From a virus, in the IMG/VR virus record IMGVR_UViG_3300002301_000006, positions 1 to 37,411 of that record: a DNA stretch of 37,411 nucleotides; one strand, 5' to 3'. Shown here in pieces: positions 22,714 to 30,581 of the stretch; the stretch's first letter is position 1, and each line of letters opens with the position of its first letter. The position numbers and the translations under genes were made by a program. The notes under the pieces are model-generated. The model worked only from the letters and a program-made list of their open reading frames with translations. It was not told the origin of the DNA and searched no databases.

Positions 22714-24876
22714 ATGGCCAGAAAAGACCCAGAATTATGTCGAAAAATTCGAGACAGAGTCGATAAATGGAATAAATACTGGACAATCAATCGTAGCTTA
22801 TACTATGAGTGGGTTGATTTCGTCATGGGTGACCAATGGCGCGAGGATGAATCAAAATTGTTTGAGCGTTACAATAAAATACCGCTGATGTTTAATAAAT
22901 TAGGGGTGCTGTATAACCATGTTATTGGCGATCAAATAAAGAACACGCCAAATTTACAAGTCTCGCCTGATGAAGATGTACCCGTTGAAACAGCAACGGT
23001 GCGAGCTTCTCTGGTCAAAAATATAAGTTTAAATTCAGATGCTAAAACTAAATATCAAACAGCTTTTGGGCAAGCAGCAGTCGGAGGATATGGGGCTGCA
23101 CGCGTTGGCACCGAATATTTACACGGCGAATCATTGGATCAAGAGATTCGCATTTATGATTTTATTGACCCTAACGATTGCTATTGGGATTTATCGGCTA
23201 AGCATCGCTGCAAAGTCGATGGAATGTTTGCGGGTTTTAAAACTAGAACATCGCGCGAAAAGTTTAGAGGGCAATACGGCGAAGAAATAGAGCGACAGAT
23301 TGGCAGCAGTTCTATTACAGAAGATAGCACAATGGCGTTTGCTGATGATGATTCAATCACGCAGCTTGACGACTTCATGAAAGAACCCAAAAAGTCAAAA
23401 ATCAGAAAGTTATCTGATAAATCTATTGTTAATGACGATCAATGGAAATCATTGCGCAGAGAAAAAGTGAATGGTAAGCGTTTCATTTTCAATTTTGAAG
23501 ACCAGCCCGTGACTGTGATGGGTGAGCGTGAAGTAATAACTTATAAAATTAAACATCGTCAAATTGCGGGCGATTTTGTATTAGAAGAATCAGATTTTCC
23601 ATGTGTGACTGGCGAAATATTGCCAGTGCTATTTCTTGATCAATGCAGTTACTACACGAAACAAGGTCAGCAGATTACGCGTTCATTTTTCAAAGACGTT
23701 AAAGACCCGCAAAAATATCTTAACTATCTTAAAACACAATCAGCTTATATGCTGAAAGTATCGCGTTATGATCAATTCATGGCTCCTCGCAAGTGCGTTA
23801 GCGCGCCTGACACTCAGCAAATGTGGCGTGACCCATCAGTGGTGCGTGGCGCATTGGTTTACGATGAAACGCCAAGCGGTGCTAAGCCAGAAGCGCTAAA
23901 ACCACCAGAACTATCGCAATCATTATTACTGGAATACCAAACTACTTTGGCTGACTTACAAAGCGGTACAGGTATTTACAATGCGCAAATGGGCGCTGAG
24001 AGCAACGAAATATCTGGCGAAGCAATCAGAAGGCGCAATAAAGGTGGCAATAGTAATACGCAAATAGGTCGCACCCAAGTTGATATCATGGTTGCAACCA
24101 TTGGCGAATTGATCAATGACATGATACCCGTTGTTTATGATACGCAACGCTCATTAGTATTGCCAATGCCCGATTCAGCCGAGCAACGCGTGGAAATCAA
24201 CAAGCCTGGCGACCCTTATGGGTTGCAGACTGAAAATGATATGACGACAGGGCGATATAAGATTCGCATCAAGCCAGGGCCGAGCTATGAAGGTCAGAAA
24301 GAAGAAGCGCTCGAGTCCATGCAATCAGTGTTGCAGGCTGATCGTACAGGTCAAGTGTTCCCAATGATCGCTGACTTGTATGTTGAGAATCTGCCGCTTG
24401 AAAACAATCTGGAATTGCGTAATCGTTTACGCACGATGGTCGCACCTGAAATCATCGAGGCAGGCAAAACGGGCAAGCCACTACCGCCTAAGCAGCCACA
24501 ACCAAGTGAAACTGAAATCAAAATGCAAATGAAACAAGCTGAATTGCAATCGAAAGAAAAGCAAGCTCAGATGGATTTTCAGGCGAAGATGGCCAAGCTT
24601 GAGATTGATAAAGCGGATATTCAGCGCAAAGCTATTGAAACGCATCAAGACATGACGACGCAATGGGAAAAGCTGGCATCTGAGGAAAAGAAGGCGGCTG
24701 TTGAGCTTGAAAAGCAAATGATGATATTTCAAGCCGAGCAAGACAAACTTGATCACGAGAAAATGATATCTACGCATAAGCTGATCTTAGATCACCATAG
24801 TTCAATGGTCGGCCATGCGGTTAATCATCATAAAAACACAGAATCAGCAAAAAATATTGGAGTAAAAAATGGGTGA
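22714..24876 (+). CDS. Portal protein (720 aa), P22-like, with a long C-terminal coiled-coil extension
   Basis: ATG 22714 after AAGGA. Position after terL and size close to P22 gp1. N-terminal FVMGDQWRED motif and a Gln/Lys/Glu-rich heptad-like C-terminus. Confidence 0.85.
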   Translation: MARKDPELCRKIRDRVDKWNKYWTINRSLYYEWVDFVMGDQWREDESKLFERYNKIPLMFNKLGVLYNHVIGDQIKNTPNLQVSPDEDVPVETATVRASLVKNISLNSDAKTKYQTAFGQAAVGGYGAARVGTEYLHGESLDQEIRIYDFIDPNDCYWDLSAKHRCKVDGMFAGFKTRTSREKFRGQYGEEIERQIGSSSITEDSTMAFADDDSITQLDDFMKEPKKSKIRKLSDKSIVNDDQWKSLRREKVNGKRFIFNFEDQPVTVMGEREVITYKIKHRQIAGDFVLEESDFPCVTGEILPVLFLDQCSYYTKQGQQITRSFFKDVKDPQKYLNYLKTQSAYMLKVSRYDQFMAPRKCVSAPDTQQMWRDPSVVRGALVYDETPSGAKPEALKPPELSQSLLLEYQTTLADLQSGTGIYNAQMGAESNEISGEAIRRRNKGGNSNTQIGRTQVDIMVATIGELINDMIPVVYDTQRSLVLPMPDSAEQRVEINKPGDPYGLQTENDMTTGRYKIRIKPGPSYEGQKEEALESMQSVLQADRTGQVFPMIADLYVENLPLENNLELRNRLRTMVAPEIIEAGKTGKPLPPKQPQPSETEIKMQMKQAELQSKEKQAQMDFQAKMAKLEIDKADIQRKAIETHQDMTTQWEKLASEEKKAAVELEKQMMIFQAEQDKLDHEKMISTHKLILDHHSSMVGHAVNHHKNTESAKNIGVKNG

Positions 24877-25723
24877 AACACATAGCGTTGATGATATTTT
24901 AGTAAAAGCGATGGCAGAGCAGGCAAACGGTGTCAAGCCGATGCCAGTAGAACCAGCGAAGGAACCAGTAAAGGAACCAGAACCCGCACCGGAGGCAGCG
25001 CCGGAGCCAGAGGCAGAACCATTGCCAGAAGCAGCGGAGGTAGCGCCAGAACCTGAGCCAGAAGCAGCGAAAGACAGTCCGATTGACGAGTACGGTAATC
25101 CGGTTGCGCCAGAAAGAGTTTACACAGAGTCAGAAGTCCAACGCATGATGAAAGACCGATTGTCGCGTGGTCGTCGTGATGCACCTGCTCCTCAGCCAGA
25201 AACACCAAAGGCCGTCGATGCTGCCGCAGAAGGGGGAGAGGAGTGGGAACAGCAACTTGAGGCGCTTATTGACAAGACTATCGATAAGAAACAAAAAACG
25301 GCAGCGCAGCGTCAGTGGCAGGAACAGGAAGCCGCACGACAAGCCGATTATGAGGTGAAATTTTCGACAGGGATGTCTAAATATAAAGACTTTGATCAAG
25401 CGATTGGCAAGGTCAGACAATCCTTAACGCCGGAGATCATGCTCGCAACCCGTGGCTTGGAAAACCCAGCGGCTTTTGTGTATGGCGCGGCAAAATTGCA
25501 CCCGCAGGAATTGGACAGGATAGCTAGAATACCTGACCCGTACATGCAAGCGGCCGAGGTCGGCAGGCTGCATGAAAAGATGGTTAAGCAAAGCAAGATG
25601 ATCAGTCAGGCTGATAAGCCACTCTCGGCACCAAAATCAGACGTGCCAGCCAAAACTAGCAATCAGCCTTCAATCGATTCGAGGATTATTGCGTATGGAC
25701 AACAGAAAGCCGGAAAACGATAA
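24869..25723 (+). CDS. Scaffolding protein (284 aa)
   Basis: The start overlaps the portal stop. It lies downstream of the portal gene in the scaffold position of the P22 order (the coat gene follows only after the 4.9-kb insertion), is highly charged, and has a Pro/Glu/Ala-rich N-terminal tract. Confidence 0.6.
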   Translation: MGETHSVDDILVKAMAEQANGVKPMPVEPAKEPVKEPEPAPEAAPEPEAEPLPEAAEVAPEPEPEAAKDSPIDEYGNPVAPERVYTESEVQRMMKDRLSRGRRDAPAPQPETPKAVDAAAEGGEEWEQQLEALIDKTIDKKQKTAAQRQWQEQEAARQADYEVKFSTGMSKYKDFDQAIGKVRQSLTPEIMLATRGLENPAAFVYGAAKLHPQELDRIARIPDPYMQAAEVGRLHEKMVKQSKMISQADKPLSAPKSDVPAKTSNQPSIDSRIIAYGQQKAGKR

Positions 25724-25851
25724 GCAATGCTTGGACATGGGGTGCGAATATCATCCCAGCGGCTATCAGCGTCCGCATATTCATGTAATGACAAATAATG
25801 GTAGCTACGTTAGATTTATTATTGAGAAACCTAAAGAGAGGAGTGATCACA

Positions 25852-26007
25852 ATGCCGATACCTGGGGATAATGGTAATCCGGTCAAAGAAAAGGCCGAAC
25901 AAGAAAAGCGCATCCAAGATGTTGCGCAAACTGGCGCGTGCGTTCAAAAAGAAGTGACGCTTAATAAGCCAGCAGAGAAAGAGCAATCTATTTTTGGGAG
26001 AATATAA
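25852..26007 (+). CDS. Hypothetical 51-aa protein
   Basis: ATG 25852 after GAGAGGAG, internal start of track ORF 25798..26007. Confidence 0.45.
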   Translation: MPIPGDNGNPVKEKAEQEKRIQDVAQTGACVQKEVTLNKPAEKEQSIFGRI

Positions 26008-26213
26008 TGTCAGACGTTTTTAGAAAAGAGTATCGACCAATAACAGAGTCTCAAAAAAGCTGGATAATTTCCTTCAAAGATCAAGCGGAAACTTTACATA
26101 TTACTTTTGAATCTTGCTTGGATGCGTTAACGGAATCTGATAAAAGAATGATGGCTTTAGCTAAAACAAATTTAGAGCAAGCTGTTATGTGGGCAGTTAA
26201 GGCGATAACATAA
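26007..26213 (+). CDS. Hypothetical protein (68 aa)
   Basis: TAATG junctions on both sides. The C-terminal LEQAVMWAVKAIT motif recurs in small phage proteins, from memory; function unknown. Confidence 0.6.
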   Translation: MSDVFRKEYRPITESQKSWIISFKDQAETLHITFESCLDALTESDKRMMALAKTNLEQAVMWAVKAIT

Positions 26214-26371
26214 TGTCAAAAATGACCTCACAAGAAATAGATAACTTTTTAAGTTTAAAGTTAGCTGAATGTGAGCTAGCGATTGTTAAGCATATTAACG
26301 AAACCAATGAATTATTGGAAAAATCAGGCGCATTATTTGCAGGAGAAATCGATGAAAAAGAACGGCTATGA
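26213..26371 (+). CDS. Hypothetical 52-aa protein, not in the track
   Basis: TAATG junction. MSKMTSQEIDNFLSLKLAECELAIV.... Confidence 0.4.
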   Translation: MSKMTSQEIDNFLSLKLAECELAIVKHINETNELLEKSGALFAGEIDEKERL

Positions 26372-26522
26372 TTACGATGAATGCTGCTACGAAGAAATGA
26401 GCAAGAAAGTCGGCGGTCAATCGCAACCTCAACCATACCACGAGGAGCCAATGCGCAATGAGTTTGAGAATAAGCGCTGGAATTCGAATGGGTATGATCA
26501 ATCGGGAATGAAGGGCAAATAG
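26352..26522 (+). CDS. Hypothetical 56-aa protein
   Basis: AGGAG lies 6 nt before ATG 26352, internal start of track ORF 26283..26522. Confidence 0.45.
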   Translation: MKKNGYDYDECCYEEMSKKVGGQSQPQPYHEEPMRNEFENKRWNSNGYDQSGMKGK

Positions 26523-26523
26523 G

Positions 26524-26682
26524 ATGGATAACGAATACGATCAATCCAAAGTAGCATACGAAACAGCGCCCAAAGAAAAGAACACCAAGCGCCGTATGCC
26601 TGGAAGCGAGTCTCAATTCGGTGATGAAGATAAAACGATGCCGCAAGATTCGAAGATGTCACGACATAAGGAGCATCGCTAA
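26524..26682 (+). CDS. Hypothetical 52-aa basic protein, not in the track
   Basis: Ends ...KEHR, with the junction GGAGCATCGCTAATG. Confidence 0.4.
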   Translation: MDNEYDQSKVAYETAPKEKNTKRRMPGSESQFGDEDKTMPQDSKMSRHKEHR

Positions 26683-26867
26683 TGTCTATCAAATCAAAAA
26701 CGCCTGGGATTGCTTCTGATATGCCGCTCTACTCTAAGCAGCGTGCGCCGATTTACAAAGGCAAGTCAAAAGGATTAAGTCCTAAGCGGGAAGATAAAGT
26801 TGATAATCTGTCGAAGTATGTTGAGGAAAATTTGGGTAAGGTTGATAAAAGAGGAGAATATCGCTAA
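26682..26867 (+). CDS. Hypothetical basic protein (61 aa)
   Basis: Ends ...GEYR, with the junction GGAGAATATCGCTAATG. Confidence 0.5.
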   Translation: MSIKSKTPGIASDMPLYSKQRAPIYKGKSKGLSPKREDKVDNLSKYVEENLGKVDKRGEYR

Positions 26868-27046
26868 TGCCATTAGTATCTGGAAAAGAAGCTAAGACCG
26901 AAAAAGGTTTCGGTGAAAATGTTAAGCGTGAAATGGAAGCTGGTAAACCGCAGAAGCAAGCCTTGGCCATTGCTTATAGTGAAGCTGGCGAACACCGCAA
27001 GACACATAGACATCCAGCGCAGGCTAGGCACCGCGAGCATCGATAA
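26867..27046 (+). CDS. Hypothetical 59-aa basic protein, not in the track
   Basis: MPLVSGKEAKTEKGFGENVKREMEAGKPQKQALAIAYSEAG...REHR. Its stop abuts the stop of the convergent gene (TAATTA). Confidence 0.45.
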   Translation: MPLVSGKEAKTEKGFGENVKREMEAGKPQKQALAIAYSEAGEHRKTHRHPAQARHREHR

Positions 27047-27373
27047 TTAAATATGTTTAGTTAACTTCGCTTTGAAGATAATGGAATCTTTAATTTCTTT
27101 TTCTAAAATCTTTCTAAACGATTCATCATTTAAAATACCTTCCAGGGTTTTATTTATAAATTCTTTTTTCTTTTCTTGGAACTTTTCTTTAATTAATTTT
27201 TCCATGTCTTTTTGAGCTAAAAATACAAAATGATTTCTTATTTCATCATCAATAGCCTTTTCCATCATATTTAAAATGACATTCATTGGCACTTTGTCAG
27301 GCGGATTTTTCTCTAATGCTTCAATTCTTTTCTCAAAACAAGCCACAAGTGTTGTTATATCTATTCTTGACAT
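27047..27373 (-). CDS. Hypothetical coiled-coil-like protein (108 aa), last gene of the reverse cassette
   Basis: Lys/Glu-rich and shares a junction at 27373. Confidence 0.6.
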   Translation of the reverse strand: MSRIDITTLVACFEKRIEALEKNPPDKVPMNVILNMMEKAIDDEIRNHFVFLAQKDMEKLIKEKFQEKKKEFINKTLEGILNDESFRKILEKEIKDSIIFKAKLTKHI

Positions 27374-27624
27374 TATTCACCCTTATCTAATTTAAAATGC
27401 TCATAAAACGGCTTATCAGACACGCTAGGCTTGTCTTTATCTTCAAGGATAATCCGCTGTATCTGCTCGTTATCATCGACTGTTACCTTGGTCATGATCA
27501 AATCTTTCTTGATTAACTTGCCATACATCTTGTTAAATTCAGTTTGTTGTTGTGGAGTCAGCGTTTTCCAGAACAGGCGAGCTTGCGCGCGGGTCATCTT
27601 TGGTGATGATATGTGTTGATTCAT
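27373..27624 (-). CDS. Hypothetical protein (83 aa)
   Basis: Cassette member with overlapping junctions. Confidence 0.6.
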   Translation of the reverse strand: MNQHISSPKMTRAQARLFWKTLTPQQQTEFNKMYGKLIKKDLIMTKVTVDDNEQIQRIILEDKDKPSVSDKPFYEHFKLDKGE

Positions 27625-27821
27625 TCGTTTGTCTCCACATATTTAATGGTAACAATAAATAGACCTCTTTCTTTTGGTGTAGGATTAAGTAATTCCGCGA
27701 GCGGATTGATAAGCGGATTTGTAAATCCTCGTACATCTTCAAGAATATTCGCAACTATATTAGCGCTGTCTTTATAAGCGCGATGTAATACGATGAAATC
27801 ATTTTTAATTAGCTCATTCAT
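27621..27821 (-). CDS. Hypothetical protein (66 aa from ATG 27821)
   Basis: ATGA overlap with the upstream 51-aa ORF. The track start at 27827 is a GTG. Confidence 0.55.
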   Translation of the reverse strand: MNELIKNDFIVLHRAYKDSANIVANILEDVRGFTNPLINPLAELLNPTPKERGLFIVTIKYVETNE

Positions 27822-27973
27822 TTGCACAAATCCTTATACATCCATTCAAATTCTTTCAACCTCTCATAGCACACACTATGCAGCAAAGCAGGCTCCTCAA
27901 CGCCAGGCTTAAGCTTGACCTCGTTGATTGCCCATATCTGTTTGCTGCATTCTTTGCAGAGATATTCGGTCAT
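27818..27973 (-). CDS. Hypothetical 51-aa Cys-containing protein, not in the track
   Basis: MTEYLCKECSKQIWAINEV...VCYERLKEFEW.... ATGA overlaps at both ends. Confidence 0.45.
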   Translation of the reverse strand: MTEYLCKECSKQIWAINEVKLKPGVEEPALLHSVCYERLKEFEWMYKDLCK

Positions 27974-28350
27974 TTTGGAACCTCGATCAGCTTGTTTTCT
28001 AACAAGCCAATTAAAAGTTTAGCTCGACAATTAGCTTCGGATTTATCCCAATACCAATGATGGGAATTAACTTCATTGCTGTCGCTATAAAAACACCAAT
28101 ATCCACCCTTTGACGATGTATGAGAGGTAAAATATAGTTCGTTGATATTTATTGGCAATAGTTCTCCCAGCTCTGCGACTGTGAAGGCTGCCCATTTAAA
28201 AGCATACATACCGTCTAATTCATCATGGGGAACGATAGAAATGTTGGTATTTTCACTCATAGTATAAACAAAATAGCTGTCCTGCTTGACCCCAAACTCT
28301 TTCAATTGCTTTGCTAACTCAAATGAACAAACTTGATCCTCTAATTTCAT
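27970..28350 (-). CDS. Conserved-looking phage protein of unknown function (126 aa)
   Basis: The motifs FTVAELGELLP and C-terminal EANCRAKLLIGLLENKLI recur in phage and prophage proteins, from memory. No function is assigned. Confidence 0.6.
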   Translation of the reverse strand: MKLEDQVCSFELAKQLKEFGVKQDSYFVYTMSENTNISIVPHDELDGMYAFKWAAFTVAELGELLPININELYFTSHTSSKGGYWCFYSDSNEVNSHHWYWDKSEANCRAKLLIGLLENKLIEVPK

Positions 28351-28706
28351 GCACGCTTACTCCATTTCAGCCATTCGACATAGCATTTGTAGCAATAGCA
28401 ATTAATAATAGGGGCTAATACATCCCTGAAATAATTAGGTTGCCCAATATGGAAAGCCCGATCACTTCGCATACCAAAAAGATAGTTAAATTGAATACTA
28501 GCGATATAAAAGTCATTTTTCCTAAGCGCCGCACACAGCGACAATAACACTTCCAGCTCACTAAAATTGCGCACAGAGCAAATAATATCAATAGGGCTTT
28601 TTGGGTCATTGAAATACTCCATGTCTAATTCAACATTTTGTTGGCCGTCAGGGTATTTGATTATTTTGAAATGATGCTCTTGGTTGTGCTTGTAGATTAG
28701 TTTCAT
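28347..28706 (-). CDS. PRPP-synthetase N-terminal-domain-like protein (119 aa), lacking the C-terminal PRTase domain
   Basis: YPDGQQNVEL...IDIICSVRNFSELEVLLSLCAALRKNDFYIASIQFNYLFGMRSDRAF aligns by eye to E. coli Prs FSDGEVSVQI...[44 protein letters not shown]. Confidence 0.5.
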   Translation of the reverse strand: MKLIYKHNQEHHFKIIKYPDGQQNVELDMEYFNDPKSPIDIICSVRNFSELEVLLSLCAALRKNDFYIASIQFNYLFGMRSDRAFHIGQPNYFRDVLAPIINCYCYKCYVEWLKWSKRA

Positions 28707-28915
28707 TTACGCCTCTTGTATGTTTTGTGTTTTGTATAGAATAAAGTAAAAATAAACGATGAAGCTTTAAAGCTTAAAAATACTATCAAAGATAAGATAA
28801 TAATAATTAAAGCTAGTGGGATTGAATCAGTAGAAATAAGCGCAGGCAATACGATGCCTGACATTACGAATACCGTTATCAGAAAAATAAATAAAGAAAA
28901 AATTTTCCTATTCAT
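28703..28915 (-). CDS. Small integral membrane protein (70 aa, two hydrophobic spans)
   Basis: IFSLFIFLITVFVMSGIVLPALI and IPLALIIIILSLIVFLSF. Overlaps the end of the SPFH gene by 8 nt. Confidence 0.65.
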   Translation of the reverse strand: MNRKIFSLFIFLITVFVMSGIVLPALISTDSIPLALIIIILSLIVFLSFKASSFIFTLFYTKHKTYKRRK

Positions 28916-29750
28916 TATGGCTCGCCTTTATATTGACAAAGGGCAGCGCTTGCGTTCCTGTCATAGTTGGCAGTTTTCCATCCCATCGTAAAATAGCCTG
29001 ATAATTAACAAATTCTGGCGTTAAACTTTCAGCTAGTATTTTATTTGCTTTAGCTTGTGATTCCGCATTGATTAGGATTTGTTTGCCGCGTGCTTCAGCC
29101 TCTACAATTGTTTTTTGCGCTTCTGCTCGGCTGGTTGCCACTTCATTTTCCACTTTCATCGCATTTTGGGATGCCTGAATTTTTGCGTTAATGGAATTTA
29201 TTACATTCGTAGGTAGCGCGAAAGAGCCGACCAAGTATATTTTATCCACTTCTATTCCCGTCTTTATCGCTTCCCGCTTCACGATTTCATTCACTTTTGC
29301 GATAAACTTTTCTTTATCTACACCATATATTTGCTCAACCGTCATTGTCGATGAGACTTCATTCATGGCATCCCGTACCATGTTATGCAAAAAAGTGTTT
29401 GTTATTTCTTCAATGCCTAAGCGATATTTAGTAAAGACCTTAACAACATTATCAGGTTGAATATTATAAGTAATACCTGCATCAGTACGAATAGATAAAC
29501 CCTCGCTTGTTTGCATGGTAATAGCTTGTTCATCTTTCCACGAATAGTTCTGCAAAAAGGTCGGAAATAAATAAAGTTCACTATTCCAGCCAAGATAATA
29601 ACGTCCAACGCCCACGGATTGCTCGCTGACACCTTTATCACTCCCATATAGATTAACGATAACGCCTCTGTAGCCCGCTGGTACTTTACTACAGCTAACA
29701 AGCGCGATTGTTGATAATATAACCGTTGTTTTTATCATCTTCTTGATCAT
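28908..29750 (-). CDS. SPFH/Band-7 (prohibitin-family) lipoprotein
   Basis: ATG 29750 after AGGGA (the track extends to 29795). Lipobox in LSTIALVSC. SPFH-type core VPAGYRGVIV... and an Ala/Glu/Gln-rich helical tail. Confidence 0.75.
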   Translation of the reverse strand: MIKKMIKTTVILSTIALVSCSKVPAGYRGVIVNLYGSDKGVSEQSVGVGRYYLGWNSELYLFPTFLQNYSWKDEQAITMQTSEGLSIRTDAGITYNIQPDNVVKVFTKYRLGIEEITNTFLHNMVRDAMNEVSSTMTVEQIYGVDKEKFIAKVNEIVKREAIKTGIEVDKIYLVGSFALPTNVINSINAKIQASQNAMKVENEVATSRAEAQKTIVEAEARGKQILINAESQAKANKILAESLTPEFVNYQAILRWDGKLPTMTGTQALPFVNIKASHNE

Positions 29751-29817
29751 TTTATTTCCCTTTATATCTAATATTTGTTTACCGTATGTTAACAATTGAT
29801 TGTGTTGACCTCAAGTA

Positions 29818-30408
29818 TTATTTCGGGGATTGGTGAAGTTTTAGATAGGCGATCGCGGTTTCTAGGGTTTCGATAGAGTCATCGAAATGACCAAGACCAG
29901 TGTTGCAATGATGGCATAATAGTCCTCTTATTTTAATTATTCCGTTTTCTTCACTTAAATGACAGTGATCAAGCGCTAATCTTTTGGTTTCTTTGTTTCG
30001 CTTTGAGTTTGTGCTTTTTGACGTTTCCGGTTTTTTGCAAATAGCGCATTTTCCATCTTGTTTTTCAAATAATTCATTATATTTTTTTGCAAATATTACC
30101 GTCCTATGACGAGATGGATTTCTTTCTTGGTATCTATAATTACTGGATTTTCGGCATTCTTTACATTGAGGCCAATGTTTACCGTTTGATGTATTGAAAT
30201 AAATTTTTTCTTCGGTTAAGTGTCCGTGAATTTTGCAATCTTTTACAATTCCCTCTGGAAGATACCGCCTTACCTTTATTGGTAAATCATATGCGCCATA
30301 TCTTTCGTATCTCGTTTTGTGCATTCCGCAAGTGCTATTGCGGGAATATCTTTTCTTAATGCAGCCTTCTATTTTGCATATTTCACCATATATTTTGGAT
30401 TTACTCAT
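29818..30408 (-). CDS. Endonuclease VII-type HNH endonuclease (196 aa), free-standing
   Basis: LALDHCHLSEENGIIKIRGLLCHHCNTGLGHFDDSIETLETAIAYL matches the Endo VII/HNH core. The N-terminus has a Cys/His zinc module. Confidence 0.8.
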   Translation of the reverse strand: MSKSKIYGEICKIEGCIKKRYSRNSTCGMHKTRYERYGAYDLPIKVRRYLPEGIVKDCKIHGHLTEEKIYFNTSNGKHWPQCKECRKSSNYRYQERNPSRHRTVIFAKKYNELFEKQDGKCAICKKPETSKSTNSKRNKETKRLALDHCHLSEENGIIKIRGLLCHHCNTGLGHFDDSIETLETAIAYLKLHQSPK

Positions 30409-30418
30409 TTATCCCCTA

Positions 30419-30447
30419 TTGATAACTCAATTATTTGAGAGCATAAT
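30419..30447 (+). promoter_or_regulatory. Candidate sigma70-like promoter for the coat operon
   Basis: TTGATA (30419-30424), 17 nt, CATAAT (30442-30447). The spacer contains the small palindrome CTCA-ATTATT-TGAG. Confidence 0.35.
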
Positions 30448-30463
30448 TTACTCAAGTGCGAAT

Positions 30464-30491
30464 GTAATAATGACAGCCCCACTTCTGTCAA
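30464..30491 (-). promoter_or_regulatory. Candidate promoter for the reverse cassette
   Basis: Minus strand: TTGACA (30491-30486), 16 nt, TATTAC (30469-30464). With 30419-30447 it would form a face-to-face pair, so at most one call may be right. Confidence 0.3.
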
Positions 30492-30581
30492 ATAGGTGCG
30501 AAATTCGCTGCCCACTTCAGCAATGTAAAAAAATGACCGTCCATATCGGACTTTTGTTTCATCATTGCGGAGTATACCATC

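Noticed and set aside
22580-22888. 102-aa plus-strand ORF spanning the terL-portal junction
   Set aside because: It overlaps the end of terL and the start of the portal gene in another frame, with no independent support.
24930-25075. Pro/Glu/Ala-rich repeat tract as a separate feature or tandem DNA repeat
   Set aside because: It is in frame within the scaffolding gene and is only a loose PEPE/PEAA periodicity. I treat it as a low-complexity linker.
25689-25871. Possible DUF4160-like fragment (YHPSGYQRPHIHV...SYVRFII)
   Set aside because: Only a short HxPPHxHV-like string is recognisable. The start codon is unclear and it overlaps the better-supported 25852 ORF. It may be a remnant and is left unannotated.
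26197-26646. 149-aa minus-strand ORF and similar antisense ORFs (821..1012, 11029..11409, 13192..13479, 24481..24777, 24933..25420, 35247..35618, 36925..37383)
   Set aside because: All lie antisense to, or out of frame within, better-supported genes. They lack RBSs and have skewed, low-complexity composition.
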